Source of the DNA: an uncultured Candidatus Saccharibacteria bacterium
GTDB taxonomy: Bacteria > Patescibacteriota > Saccharimonadia > Saccharimonadales > JACDBH01
Assembly (NCBI GenBank): GCA_965231105.1
Contig: OZ246417.1
Location: forward strand, 36,094-100,093
Length of the DNA: 64,000 bases
Direction: 5' to 3'
Below are positions 44,341 through 53,077 of this stretch, one piece after another; within the stretch, counting starts at the first letter, position 1; the number at the start of each line of letters is the position of its first letter. The notes below the pieces were generated by a model. That model had not been told where the DNA came from. It made no database searches and worked only from the letters and a program-made list of their open reading frames with translations. The position numbers and the translations under genes were made by a program.

Positions 44341-45882
44341 ATGTCAAATATGCGTTGGCTTACTACATTAGTGGACGAGATTGTCCAGAAATATCCTGAT
44401 GGCCCTATTCTGATTGAATCAGGAGCTTCACCATCCGGTACCTATCATATCGGTCACCTGCGAGAAATCGTGACCTGTGATGCTATATTGCTGGAATTAC
44501 GTAAACGAGGTCGCGAGGCTCGTCACGTTCAGTTTGTCGATGACCTAGATGCCCTAAGAAAGATCCCCGTCAACATACCGGCGGACTATGAGCAGTATCT
44601 TGGCAAGCCATTATGTGACATTCCTGCCCCAGACAACTCAGACCGCTCATACGGCGACTTTTTCTTGAGTGGGCTCGTTGAAAGTGCTGAGATTTTGGGT
44701 GTAGAAATGGATGTTATCCATAGTCATGAGAAATACCGGAGCGGTTATTTTGCGCCGGCTATTGAGCGAGTTTTAGCTAAGATTCCAGAATCTAAGAAAA
44801 CACTAGAAGAAATTTCAGGACGCCAGCTCGACGAGCACTGGTCTCCAATCCAGGTTATGGAGAACGGATATCTCAAGAATCGCACATTTGTCAGTATTGA
44901 TACGGACGCACATACAATTACATACAAGGACCGTGAAGGGAATGAAAATTCAGCTCGCTATGATGATGGCGGTGTAAAACTTGATTGGCGATTAGACTGG
45001 CCAAGTCGCTGGTGGCTGCAAAAGGTAAATGTTGAGCCGTTTGGTCGTGACCATGCCAGTGCCGGCGGATCGTTTGATACAGGCGTAGGTATTATGAAGG
45101 ACGTTTTTGAAGCATCCGCTCCTATTCCTGTGCCCTATGACTTTATTAATCGAGCTGGTGACACCAAGAAAATGAGTGCCAGCAAAGGTACAGGCATCGC
45201 TGCTATTGAAGCAGTGCGGGTGTTGCCACCAGAAGTATTGAGGTACTTTATTCTATCTGCACCACCAAACAAGCGTCTTTATTTTGATCAGGCGGATGGT
45301 GCTATACGACTTGTTGATGAGTTTGCCGCGCTGAGTGCACGGACTGACCTAAACGAAGATGAGCAACACACGCTCTTTATCTGTACCCGCGGCATGAAAG
45401 AACGAACGGTGAGTCGAGTGCCGTTTTCACACTTAGTTGCAAGTTATCAGGCGGCTCTTAAAAATGTGGATGCCACCATTGAGGTTATGAAACGGACTGA
45501 ACACGCAGATATTGTTGAAGCCGATAGGGACATTATTAAAAACGAACTTACATTTATTGACGCATGGCTTGAAAAATGGGCGCCTGAAGAGGTGAAGTTT
45601 ACGCTTCAAGAATCCGTTAATTTGGAAGACTTTAGCGATGCCGAAAAGCAGTACTTTGCTGCACTTGCGGAGAAAATCACAGAAGCTCCTGATGACGCCG
45701 ATGGAGAATGGTTCCACAAAGCCATTTATGAGTTTAAAGAACAAAGTGGACTCGAGCCAAAACAACTATTTATAAGCTTATACCGATTATTGATTGGCAA
45801 AGAATCTGGACCACGTGCAGGTTGGTTCTTAAGTTTATTGCCACGAGATTGGTTAATTGCGCGTCTACGACTTACGAAGTAG
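44341..45882 (+). CDS. lysK: Lysyl-tRNA synthetase, class I type
   Basis: The Rossmann-fold class I signatures are SGASPSGTYHIGHLREI (HIGH) and KMSASKG (KMSKS). The length of about 513 aa and the layout are typical of class I LysRS rather than the class II LysS. Confidence 0.8.
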   Translation: MSNMRWLTTLVDEIVQKYPDGPILIESGASPSGTYHIGHLREIVTCDAILLELRKRGREARHVQFVDDLDALRKIPVNIPADYEQYLGKPLCDIPAPDNSDRSYGDFFLSGLVESAEILGVEMDVIHSHEKYRSGYFAPAIERVLAKIPESKKTLEEISGRQLDEHWSPIQVMENGYLKNRTFVSIDTDAHTITYKDREGNENSARYDDGGVKLDWRLDWPSRWWLQKVNVEPFGRDHASAGGSFDTGVGIMKDVFEASAPIPVPYDFINRAGDTKKMSASKGTGIAAIEAVRVLPPEVLRYFILSAPPNKRLYFDQADGAIRLVDEFAALSARTDLNEDEQHTLFICTRGMKERTVSRVPFSHLVASYQAALKNVDATIEVMKRTEHADIVEADRDIIKNELTFIDAWLEKWAPEEVKFTLQESVNLEDFSDAEKQYFAALAEKITEAPDDADGEWFHKAIYEFKEQSGLEPKQLFISLYRLLIGKESGPRAGWFLSLLPRDWLIARLRLTK

Positions 45883-45900
45883 TTACTGTATACTGGCTTC

Positions 45901-46581
45901 ATGATAGAAGTTAAAAACGTCAGCAAAGTATATGGCAAAAAACAAAATACTTTTAATGCCCTAAGGGGTATTTCCTTAGACATTAAGAAGGGCGAAAGTG
46001 TAGCGGTGATAGGTAAGAGTGGCTCAGGCAAGAGCACACTCATGCATATTCTTGCCTTACTTGATCAGCCAACTGAAGGGTCTGTACTGGTAGACGGCCA
46101 AGATATTAGTGGCTTATCTGCTAAAAAACTTAACGGACTCCGTAATAAGAGTTTTGGCTTTGTATTTCAACAATTCTTCCTGAATGCCAATGACTCGGTA
46201 CTTAATAATGTTATTTTGCCACTTAAGATTGCGGGTATGGGTAGCCGTGAACGCAATAAACGAGGCATGGCAGCATTAAAGGCTGTCGAGCTTGAAGATA
46301 AGGCAAATAACAAAGCCAACGACTTAAGCGGTGGGCAGAAACAACGCGTCTGTATCGCGAGGGCCCTTATTAACAATCCTGACGTAATATTTGCCGATGA
46401 GCCGACAGGTAACCTGGACAGTGCAACCGGAAAGAAAATTGAAGATCTGCTTTTCTCGCTTAATAAAAAGCAGAACATTACGCTTATCGTTGTAACGCAT
46501 GATGAAGATCTTGCGAAATTATGTGACAGACAAATACATATCAAAGATGGTCGCATACTGAAGGAGTCTAAGAAAAAATGA
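45901..46581 (+). CDS. ABC transporter ATP-binding protein (MacB/LolD/FtsE-like subfamily)
   Basis: Walker A is GKSGSGKST, the signature motif is LSGGQKQRVCIARAL, Walker B is [11 protein letters not shown] and the H-loop is VTHD. A TATACT (45889-45894) lies 6 nt before the ATG. Confidence 0.9.
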   Translation: MIEVKNVSKVYGKKQNTFNALRGISLDIKKGESVAVIGKSGSGKSTLMHILALLDQPTEGSVLVDGQDISGLSAKKLNGLRNKSFGFVFQQFFLNANDSVLNNVILPLKIAGMGSRERNKRGMAALKAVELEDKANNKANDLSGGQKQRVCIARALINNPDVIFADEPTGNLDSATGKKIEDLLFSLNKKQNITLIVVTHDEDLAKLCDRQIHIKDGRILKESKKK

Positions 46582-47861
46582 AGATAGCTGACATTATTCG
46601 TACCGCGAGCAGTAACATGCTGCGTAGCAAAGCACGCACCATTCTGACCGTCATTGCCATTTTTATTGGTGCACTTACCCTCACACTTACGAACGGCATT
46701 GGATCGGGTATTGCAACGTATATTGATGAGCAGGTTGGCAATATTGGCGCCGAAGATATGCTTATTATTCAAGGCAAGGGAAATAATCCGTTTGGTGAAA
46801 GCGGACCAAAGAAGTATGACGAAGAGGTAAGCATAACATCGGCAGGCGGCTTTCCGCTCGTCGTTTTAAGTACAGAGGATCTTGAAGCTATCCGTACGGA
46901 ACCAGGTATTCTCAGTGCTGAGCATGATTACAATGTCGCGCCTGATTATGTGGCAGGACCGAATGGTGAAAAGTATGGTCTTATGGCCGGTTCTTTTTAT
47001 GATGGCATTAACGCTCTCGTATCTGCAGGCCAGATTCCTAATAATCATACGGACGAGAACCAGTTACTTATGCCTCCAGACTTTGTCTCAGTGCTTGGCT
47101 TTAGTTCGAACGAAGATGCGGTTGGTAAGATTGTCAAAATAGCTATCAAGAATCCAGCGGGTGAGCAAAAAGAAGTCGAAGCGAAGGTAGTTGGTATTCA
47201 AGAACGATCCTTAATGAGTGAAGGTGGCTTCCAGTTTAACCGACCACTCATGCTGGCGCTTTACGACATCCAGACTGAAGGTTTCCCGTCTGTGCTCAAA
47301 GAACAGCAACCAATTATAACGGCGCGCTTTGATCCAAATATCAGCGAAGAACAATTAAAAGATCTTAAGAAGCGTCTTGATGATAAAGGCTATAGTGCTT
47401 CAACGATTCAGGATCAGATTGGTATATTCAAACAAGTTATTGATGCAATCATTGCCGTACTTAATTTCTTTGCCGGCATTGCTTTGTTGGCGGCAAGTTT
47501 CGGTATTGTTAATACACTTCTCATGGCAGTGCAGGAACGAACCAAAGAAATTGGCCTTATGAAAGCACTGGGTATGGGCAGACGAAAAGTTTTCATGCTC
47601 TTTAGTGTCGAGGCTGTATTACTTGGCTTCTGGGGAAGCTTGCTTGGTTCATTAGCCGGCATCGGTATCGGTAAGCTTGCAAATAGGGTGGCTTCCAATA
47701 CCTTCCTTAAAGACTTAGTAGGATTTGAGCTTACGTCATTCCCGATTACTTCCGTCATTACCATCATGCTCATCATCATGACCATCGCGTTCCTAGCCGG
47801 TACCTTGCCAGCTCGTCGAGCGAGCAAGAAGGATCCGATCGAAGCACTGCGATACGAGTAG
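46578..47861 (+). CDS. ABC transporter permease, FtsX/MacB-type with a large extracytoplasmic domain
   Basis: The ATGA overlaps the ATPase gene. TM1 is followed by a periplasmic-type domain of about 240 aa and a C-terminal FtsX-like 3-TM bundle (ERTKEIGLMKALGM..., GTLPARRASKKDPIEALRYE). Confidence 0.8.
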   Translation: MKIADIIRTASSNMLRSKARTILTVIAIFIGALTLTLTNGIGSGIATYIDEQVGNIGAEDMLIIQGKGNNPFGESGPKKYDEEVSITSAGGFPLVVLSTEDLEAIRTEPGILSAEHDYNVAPDYVAGPNGEKYGLMAGSFYDGINALVSAGQIPNNHTDENQLLMPPDFVSVLGFSSNEDAVGKIVKIAIKNPAGEQKEVEAKVVGIQERSLMSEGGFQFNRPLMLALYDIQTEGFPSVLKEQQPIITARFDPNISEEQLKDLKKRLDDKGYSASTIQDQIGIFKQVIDAIIAVLNFFAGIALLAASFGIVNTLLMAVQERTKEIGLMKALGMGRRKVFMLFSVEAVLLGFWGSLLGSLAGIGIGKLANRVASNTFLKDLVGFELTSFPITSVITIMLIIMTIAFLAGTLPARRASKKDPIEALRYE

Positions 47862-47882
47862 ACCTGAACAAGGAGTCGGGAT

Positions 47883-48275
47883 ATGAAACGATATCCAGAG
47901 GTAAATGCGGCAACCGAGCTATTGTACATATCAAGGGCTATCTTTAATGATCCGCGGGAAATCATAGTTCCTGATCAAGAGGCACTTGAAGGTCCTTGGG
48001 TCTGGGATGGGCCCAAAACCTATGAGCCCCGTATTCAAATAAGAACAGGCAAATTTAATGCATTGGAACTTGGGTCGATTATGGTTAACCATGCGGTTCT
48101 GAGGATCATTGATGGATCGGTTGAGTGTAGCGCTCACGTTGATGCGCGAACTATGCATACAGTTCCTGATGACAGTTTCATGCTCGATTTATTGAGCGCA
48201 TTTAGACAATACAGCCCTTTGTCAGTAGTGGTGAGCGAAACAATTCCTGAAGTAGCTAAGCAGCGGGTTGCTTAA
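47883..48275 (+). CDS. Hypothetical protein (130 aa)
   Basis: The SD aaggag lies upstream. No motif is recognised. Its 3' end overlaps the convergent msrA by 20 nt. Confidence 0.55.
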   Translation: MKRYPEVNAATELLYISRAIFNDPREIIVPDQEALEGPWVWDGPKTYEPRIQIRTGKFNALELGSIMVNHAVLRIIDGSVECSAHVDARTMHTVPDDSFMLDLLSAFRQYSPLSVVVSETIPEVAKQRVA

Positions 48276-48801
48276 GTTTCTTCGCAAACTTTTGTCTTAG
48301 TTTTTGAATCTTTGGGTCAATGATAATTTGGCAATATCCATAATTTGGATTCTTCTCATAAAAATCCTGCATATACTCTTCGGCTGGATAGAATTCTGTA
48401 AATGGTTCAATCTGTGTCACGATCGGATCCTTCCATAATGTGCTAGCTAAGTTTTTTGCCATATCTTCAGCCGTTTTTTTCTGTTCATCTGAATGAAAAA
48501 AAATAACCGAACGATACCATTCGCCTACATCATTACCTTGGCGGTTAAGGGTAGTGGGATCATGCATCACAAAAAATATTTCCAAGATTTCTCGGTATGT
48601 TATTTTCTTAGGGTCAAAGGTTAGCTGTATGACCTCCGCATGGCCTGTGTCTCCCTCATAGACACGCTCTGCGGTGGGATTTTCAACATGGCCTCCACTA
48701 TAACCGGATGAAACGTCAATAACGCCCTCGACCAATTTATAGAAGGCTTCTAAACACCAATAACAGCCACCACCTAATGTTGCTATCTCCATACACTCCA
48801 T
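48256..48801 (-). CDS. msrA: Peptide methionine (S)-sulfoxide reductase MsrA
   Basis: The active-site motif is GGGCYWCLEAF. GYSGG, TGHAEVIQLTFDP, HDPTTLNRQGNDVGEWYRS and IFF are also present. Confidence 0.9.
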   Translation of the reverse strand: MECMEIATLGGGCYWCLEAFYKLVEGVIDVSSGYSGGHVENPTAERVYEGDTGHAEVIQLTFDPKKITYREILEIFFVMHDPTTLNRQGNDVGEWYRSVIFFHSDEQKKTAEDMAKNLASTLWKDPIVTQIEPFTEFYPAEEYMQDFYEKNPNYGYCQIIIDPKIQKLRQKFAKKLKQPAA

Positions 48802-48827
48802 TCTAAGACAAAAATATCCCTTATGCT

Positions 48828-49457
48828 ATGATGCTAGGAATGAACTATATCTTTGACTTTGACGGAACGCTCGTTGATAGTTTGCCGGCTTTTATCGCGG
48901 TCTTTAATAAGAATATTCGTGGCGGTAGTAATCCGCTTACTGCCGCAGAAATCGATCGATTTAGAGCCATGCCATCCCGAAAGGCCATTAGCAAACTTGG
49001 TGTTCGGTGGTGGCAGGTGCCGAAGTTAATTCTCCAGGGTCTCCCGGATTTTCGAGCCCTTCTGCCTGATCTTAAGCCCTTTGATGATATCCCAGAGGTT
49101 TTGAAAGAGCTTCATGATCGGGGAGACAGGTTATTTATCGTTACCTCTAATACTCACGATAGTGTAGAAAAGTTTCTAAAACTTCACGGCCTCGAAGGTT
49201 ATTTTACGGGGATGGATACGGCATCGGGAATTTTTAATAAGTCAAAGCATATTCGTAACATGATCAAGGTATACAAGTTAAAGCGAAAAGAAACTGTCTA
49301 CGTGGGAGATGAAACACGGGATATACAGGCAGGAAAGTTAGCGCGCATTAAGGTCGTATCGGTAACATGGGGATTTAATCACGCCAGTATTTTAAGAAAG
49401 CACCGTCCCCATTATCTTATTGAGCGACCACAGGAACTGACCTCCATAAAACGATAG
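48828..49457 (+). CDS. HAD-superfamily hydrolase (phosphatase-like)
   Basis: Motif I is IFDFDGTLVDS, motif II is IVTSN and motif IV is YVGDETRDIQAG. The start is ambiguous among three nearby ATGs (48828, 48831 and 48840). Confidence 0.75.
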   Translation: MMLGMNYIFDFDGTLVDSLPAFIAVFNKNIRGGSNPLTAAEIDRFRAMPSRKAISKLGVRWWQVPKLILQGLPDFRALLPDLKPFDDIPEVLKELHDRGDRLFIVTSNTHDSVEKFLKLHGLEGYFTGMDTASGIFNKSKHIRNMIKVYKLKRKETVYVGDETRDIQAGKLARIKVVSVTWGFNHASILRKHRPHYLIERPQELTSIKR

Positions 49458-49517
49458 CTTTTACTAAGCATAACCGCTATACTCGCCTGTAAGTATAAAA
49501 ATAGGAGAGCCATAATA

Positions 49518-50273
49518 ATGGATCAACAAAATCACTTTGGGCATGGAACTCCCAGTGCCCCTGTTTCGTTTGAAGATAAACCGTATACGCCAGCTGATCA
49601 TCAAATAACGGAGCATGGCACGCCTGATCCCGAGCCTAAGCCAGCATTCTCGGCCTTCAGTGGGGGTAGTTTTGAGTCTGAAGGTCCTGCTAAAGTAGCA
49701 TCTGAACCAATACGACCTGCAACCTTTGAGCCAATCGTAGCGAATGAGCCTGCCTTTGTTCCACCAGCCCTTTCTACGCCGTCACTCAGTAAGGGCGGTT
49801 TGCCCGATGATCAGCCAGTGCCTGTAGTGCGAGTGTTGAGCGTACGGGGGCTTGAATATGCCTTTATGTCTATAATGCTCTGGTTCGGTGCGGCATCTTT
49901 AATATGGATTCTTGATACGCTCATTATGGGGAGCGCGAGCTTCCAGGCGCTTTCTTTCCCGCTTTCGACTCTACTCACATCGTTGCCGGTTTTTGCATTT
50001 TTGTTTTTGCGTTTGCGGAAAGCAGAACTCGCAAACCCATCATTGCGTCTAGAGCCTTCAAAGCGACGGTTCTCTCAGATTACGCAGATTCTTGCGTTCC
50101 TCACGTGCTTCTTTAATGTGGTAGGTGTAGTCTACATGATCGTTGCGAGTCTGGGCGGAGGAGAGATGGATTCGATTCCAAAATCACTCGGCATTACAGC
50201 AGTGACGTTACTGGTAGCGGGCGGCATTCTCGCTTATTACTGGATTGATGAACACAGGCTAGTAGGGCGCTAA
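49518..50273 (+). CDS. Hypothetical membrane protein with a Pro-rich disordered N-terminus and 4 C-terminal TM segments (251 aa)
   Basis: The SD aggagag lies upstream. The N-terminal roughly 110 aa are low-complexity. The hydrophobic segments are AFMSIMLWFGAASLIWIL, LSTLLTSLPVFAFLFL, ILAFLTCFFNVVGVVYMIV and ITAVTLLVAGGILAYYW. Confidence 0.6.
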   Translation: MDQQNHFGHGTPSAPVSFEDKPYTPADHQITEHGTPDPEPKPAFSAFSGGSFESEGPAKVASEPIRPATFEPIVANEPAFVPPALSTPSLSKGGLPDDQPVPVVRVLSVRGLEYAFMSIMLWFGAASLIWILDTLIMGSASFQALSFPLSTLLTSLPVFAFLFLRLRKAELANPSLRLEPSKRRFSQITQILAFLTCFFNVVGVVYMIVASLGGGEMDSIPKSLGITAVTLLVAGGILAYYWIDEHRLVGR

Positions 50274-50275
50274 AT

Positions 50276-50836
50276 ATGAAAAAATATCGTCTTGGCCTAT
50301 TAATTCTAGGCCTCATAACTATCGGTCTCACCATATATATTGCGACCCTTGGCCTTTCAACTCGTCAGGATGTAAAGACCGAGAAAAGTATTGAGGATGT
50401 CGGTAACAAGTTAAATAGTTACATTGATCGTGAGCAAGAAATTCCAGAGAGTCTGGATGTGGTTGGAGCACGTGATGTGCCAAGCACCATTACCTATACC
50501 AAACTGTCTGAGAAGGAATATAAGTTGTGTGCTACTTATAAGGCGGCAAAAGGATATGGCAGCGGTGATATTTCAAGCGTCGTGACTGGCGCAATCTTCT
50601 CTCGCTACTACGGCTATGACTCAAGTCTTTATGAAGGTTCTGAGGACTACAAGCCAGCTTCCTATTATCCATCTTATACCCATAAAAAGGGTCAAGATTG
50701 CCAGACTATAGCACCTTATTTCCAGCAAGATTACTCATCGACATTTGATGATGAGGAGTATTGTTCACCTGAAGGTATGTATTACCAGTACTACAAAGAC
50801 TACTGTGTAGACGGCCAACTACAATTCAACTATTAA
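50276..50836 (+). CDS. Hypothetical N-terminally anchored Tyr/Cys-rich protein (186 aa)
   Basis: The TM is LGLLILGLITIGLTIYIATLGL. No prepilin G/FTLIE site is present. No family is recognised. Confidence 0.55.
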   Translation: MKKYRLGLLILGLITIGLTIYIATLGLSTRQDVKTEKSIEDVGNKLNSYIDREQEIPESLDVVGARDVPSTITYTKLSEKEYKLCATYKAAKGYGSGDISSVVTGAIFSRYYGYDSSLYEGSEDYKPASYYPSYTHKKGQDCQTIAPYFQQDYSSTFDDEEYCSPEGMYYQYYKDYCVDGQLQFNY

Positions 50837-50866
50837 AATCCTCAGAGATGATATAGTAGCTGAAGA

Positions 50867-51559
50867 ATGAGACTACATCGCTTTTATGTTGCGCCGAAAA
50901 CTGCCGAGCTGACCCATAGCTTTTGGCTACACGACGAAGCCTTGCGCAATCAGTGGACACGCGTGTTGCGCTACCGCGAGGGTGATCAGGTTGTGCTCTT
51001 TGATGGGGTGAGTGAAGACCGTCTGTATAAAATCGCTAAAATTGAACCAGATGCCATTCATCTTGAAATGGTGACGCAGTTCGAACGCAAACTGCCCCAT
51101 AAACATGTCTATCTTTTTTGGTCGCTTTTAAAGAAAGATAAGAATGACTGGGTAATACAGAAGGCAACGGAGCTTGGCGTAAGTAACTTTGTACCAATTA
51201 TTGCTGACCGCAGTGAAAAAACAGGCTTTAACCTTGAGCGGGCAGAGAAAATAGCGATTGAAGCAGCTGAACAGTGCGGTCGTAGCGATATTCCCCACAT
51301 TCGTGAACCGCTTACTATTGAAGAAGCTATCCAGGAATACAAAGATAAAGTCACATTGCTGGTTTGTGATGAGCAAAATGAAACACAAGTTTCTGAAAGT
51401 GATAAGCCGGTAGGGATCTTTATTGGGCCAGAAGGTGGATGGGCAGAACAAGAGCTAACCCAGTTTAAAAATGCCGGACTTGGTTCACTGCATCTAGGGC
51501 AAATGACGCTGAGAGCTGAGACTGCAGCCGTCGCAGCAACCACAAAACTGTTACAATAG
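50867..51559 (+). CDS. rsmE: 16S rRNA (uracil1498-N3)-methyltransferase RsmE
   Basis: The sequence begins MRLHRFYV, with a PUA-like N-terminus. QKATELGV and the SPOUT knot motif IGPEGGWAEQE are present. TGaTATAGT (50849-50857) lies 9 nt before the ATG. Confidence 0.8.
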   Translation: MRLHRFYVAPKTAELTHSFWLHDEALRNQWTRVLRYREGDQVVLFDGVSEDRLYKIAKIEPDAIHLEMVTQFERKLPHKHVYLFWSLLKKDKNDWVIQKATELGVSNFVPIIADRSEKTGFNLERAEKIAIEAAEQCGRSDIPHIREPLTIEEAIQEYKDKVTLLVCDEQNETQVSESDKPVGIFIGPEGGWAEQELTQFKNAGLGSLHLGQMTLRAETAAVAATTKLLQ

Positions 51560-51566
51560 AAGTCTA

Positions 51567-52361
51567 ATGGCAAACTATTGGAGGGAACGAAGCATACCGT
51601 ATAAACCTGGGCAAAAAACGCCCTTTAAATTGTCTCGCTCTAAAATCGAGCTTTTTATGCAATGCCCTCGCTGTTTCTGGCTTGATACGCGACTCAAGAT
51701 AACTCGTCCCAGTAGTCCGCCGTTTAATATCAACAAAGCTATTGATGAGCTTTTTAAGAAAGAGTTTGATTCCTATCGCAGTAAAGGTGAGCCACATCCT
51801 TTAATGGTAGAGTTTGGTATTAATGCCATTCCTTTTGCTCACGATAAACTGGGCGAATGGCGTGAGAATTTTGTGGGCGTAGCCACTATACATAAACCTA
51901 CCAACCTACATATTTTCGGGGCGGTGGATGATTTGTGGCAAGACAACGAGGGTAAGGTCGTGGTAGTGGATTATAAGGCGACTGCTAAAGATAAAGAGGT
52001 GAGTATCGATAGTGAGTGGCAGATTGCTTATAAGCGCCAAATGGAAGTGTATCAATGGTTGCTCAGGCAAAACGGTCTTACGGTGAGCGACACGGGTTAT
52101 TTTGTTTATACCAATGGCCGAATGGATCTCGATGGATTCTTTAATAAGATAGAGTTTAAGACAAAGATCATCCCCTATACCGGTAATGTTGCTTGGGTTG
52201 AGCCGACCATAAAAAAAATGAAACAATGCCTTGAGGGCGATATGCCACCGGTCGGTAAAAGCGCTATGGGTGGCGATTGTGAATTCTGCGCCTACGCAAA
52301 AGCACGTACCGAATTAACAGTAAACGCACTCAATGGGAGAAGGGTGAAACATGCAAAGTAG
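51567..52361 (+). CDS. PD-(D/E)XK nuclease family protein with Cys clusters (Cas4/AddB-nuclease-like)
   Basis: The N-terminus has FMQCPRCFW and the C-terminus has GGDCEFCAY (a C-x2-C ... C-x2-C arrangement). The core is GAVDDLW ... VVVVDYKAT ... Q..VY (the D...D/E-x-K pattern). TGtTACAAT (51549-51557) lies 9 nt before the ATG. Confidence 0.6.
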   Translation: MANYWRERSIPYKPGQKTPFKLSRSKIELFMQCPRCFWLDTRLKITRPSSPPFNINKAIDELFKKEFDSYRSKGEPHPLMVEFGINAIPFAHDKLGEWRENFVGVATIHKPTNLHIFGAVDDLWQDNEGKVVVVDYKATAKDKEVSIDSEWQIAYKRQMEVYQWLLRQNGLTVSDTGYFVYTNGRMDLDGFFNKIEFKTKIIPYTGNVAWVEPTIKKMKQCLEGDMPPVGKSAMGGDCEFCAYAKARTELTVNALNGRRVKHAK

Positions 52362-53070
52362 ACACATAGAATTTGAGACAAACGGACTAACACTGCGAGG
52401 CGATTTATTTGAGCCCACCTCAGATCAGAAAAATATAGCTTGTCTCTTTTTGCACGGGTGGACAGGCAGGCCTAATATACGTGCCGCAGAAAGAACGGCA
52501 AACGTAGGTTACTATGCTCTAACATTTAGTTTTCCTGGGCATAATAATAGTGAAGGCGATATTACCAAGCTTACGCGCAAAGAAGCGCTGGAGAGTGCAG
52601 TGGCTGCCTATGATTTATTTAAAAGTTCCATTCCCGAGGGTACGGAGATTGTAGCAATTGGTAATAGCTTCGGGGGTTACATAGCTCCTCTTTTAACGAC
52701 ACAGCGGAAAGTTCGGGCGCTCTCGATTCGCGTACCAGCAGATTACCCTGATGACAAATTTGACCTGCCGCAAATGGGCCAGGGTCATGATGACCCAGAA
52801 GTGCTTCGTTGGCGGCATCGCTTGCATGAATCTTCGGAAACAATGGCCTTAAGAGCGGTGCATGAGTTTACTGGTGAACTACAGATAATCGAAGCCAAGC
52901 TAGATGATCTTGTTCCTCACGAAACGGTGCATAGCTATGCTAATGCCTTTGCTGATCCAGAAAAGCTCGAATACCATTTAATGGAAGATTGGCCGCATAG
53001 TCTCTCTGATGACGAAACTAGAAATGACCAGTTTCAAGAACTTCTCTTAACCTGGCTAAGCAGGCTATAA
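52351..53070 (+). CDS. Alpha/beta-fold hydrolase
   Basis: The oxyanion region is FLHGWTG and the nucleophile elbow is GNSFGG. A C-terminal D...H (EDWPHS) is consistent with a Ser-Asp-His triad. Confidence 0.65.
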   Translation: MQSRHIEFETNGLTLRGDLFEPTSDQKNIACLFLHGWTGRPNIRAAERTANVGYYALTFSFPGHNNSEGDITKLTRKEALESAVAAYDLFKSSIPEGTEIVAIGNSFGGYIAPLLTTQRKVRALSIRVPADYPDDKFDLPQMGQGHDDPEVLRWRHRLHESSETMALRAVHEFTGELQIIEAKLDDLVPHETVHSYANAFADPEKLEYHLMEDWPHSLSDDETRNDQFQELLLTWLSRL

Positions 53071-53077
53071 TAAACTT

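Noticed and set aside
46167-47965. Minus-strand ORFs of 201 aa (46167-46772) and 183 aa (47414-47965) opposite the ABC transporter genes. Similar ones occur at 51109-51573 (-) and 60620-61102 (-).
   Set aside because: The sense strand carries textbook Walker A/B, signature and FtsX-type permease motifs. The antisense ORFs are Ser/Leu/Arg-rich shadows.
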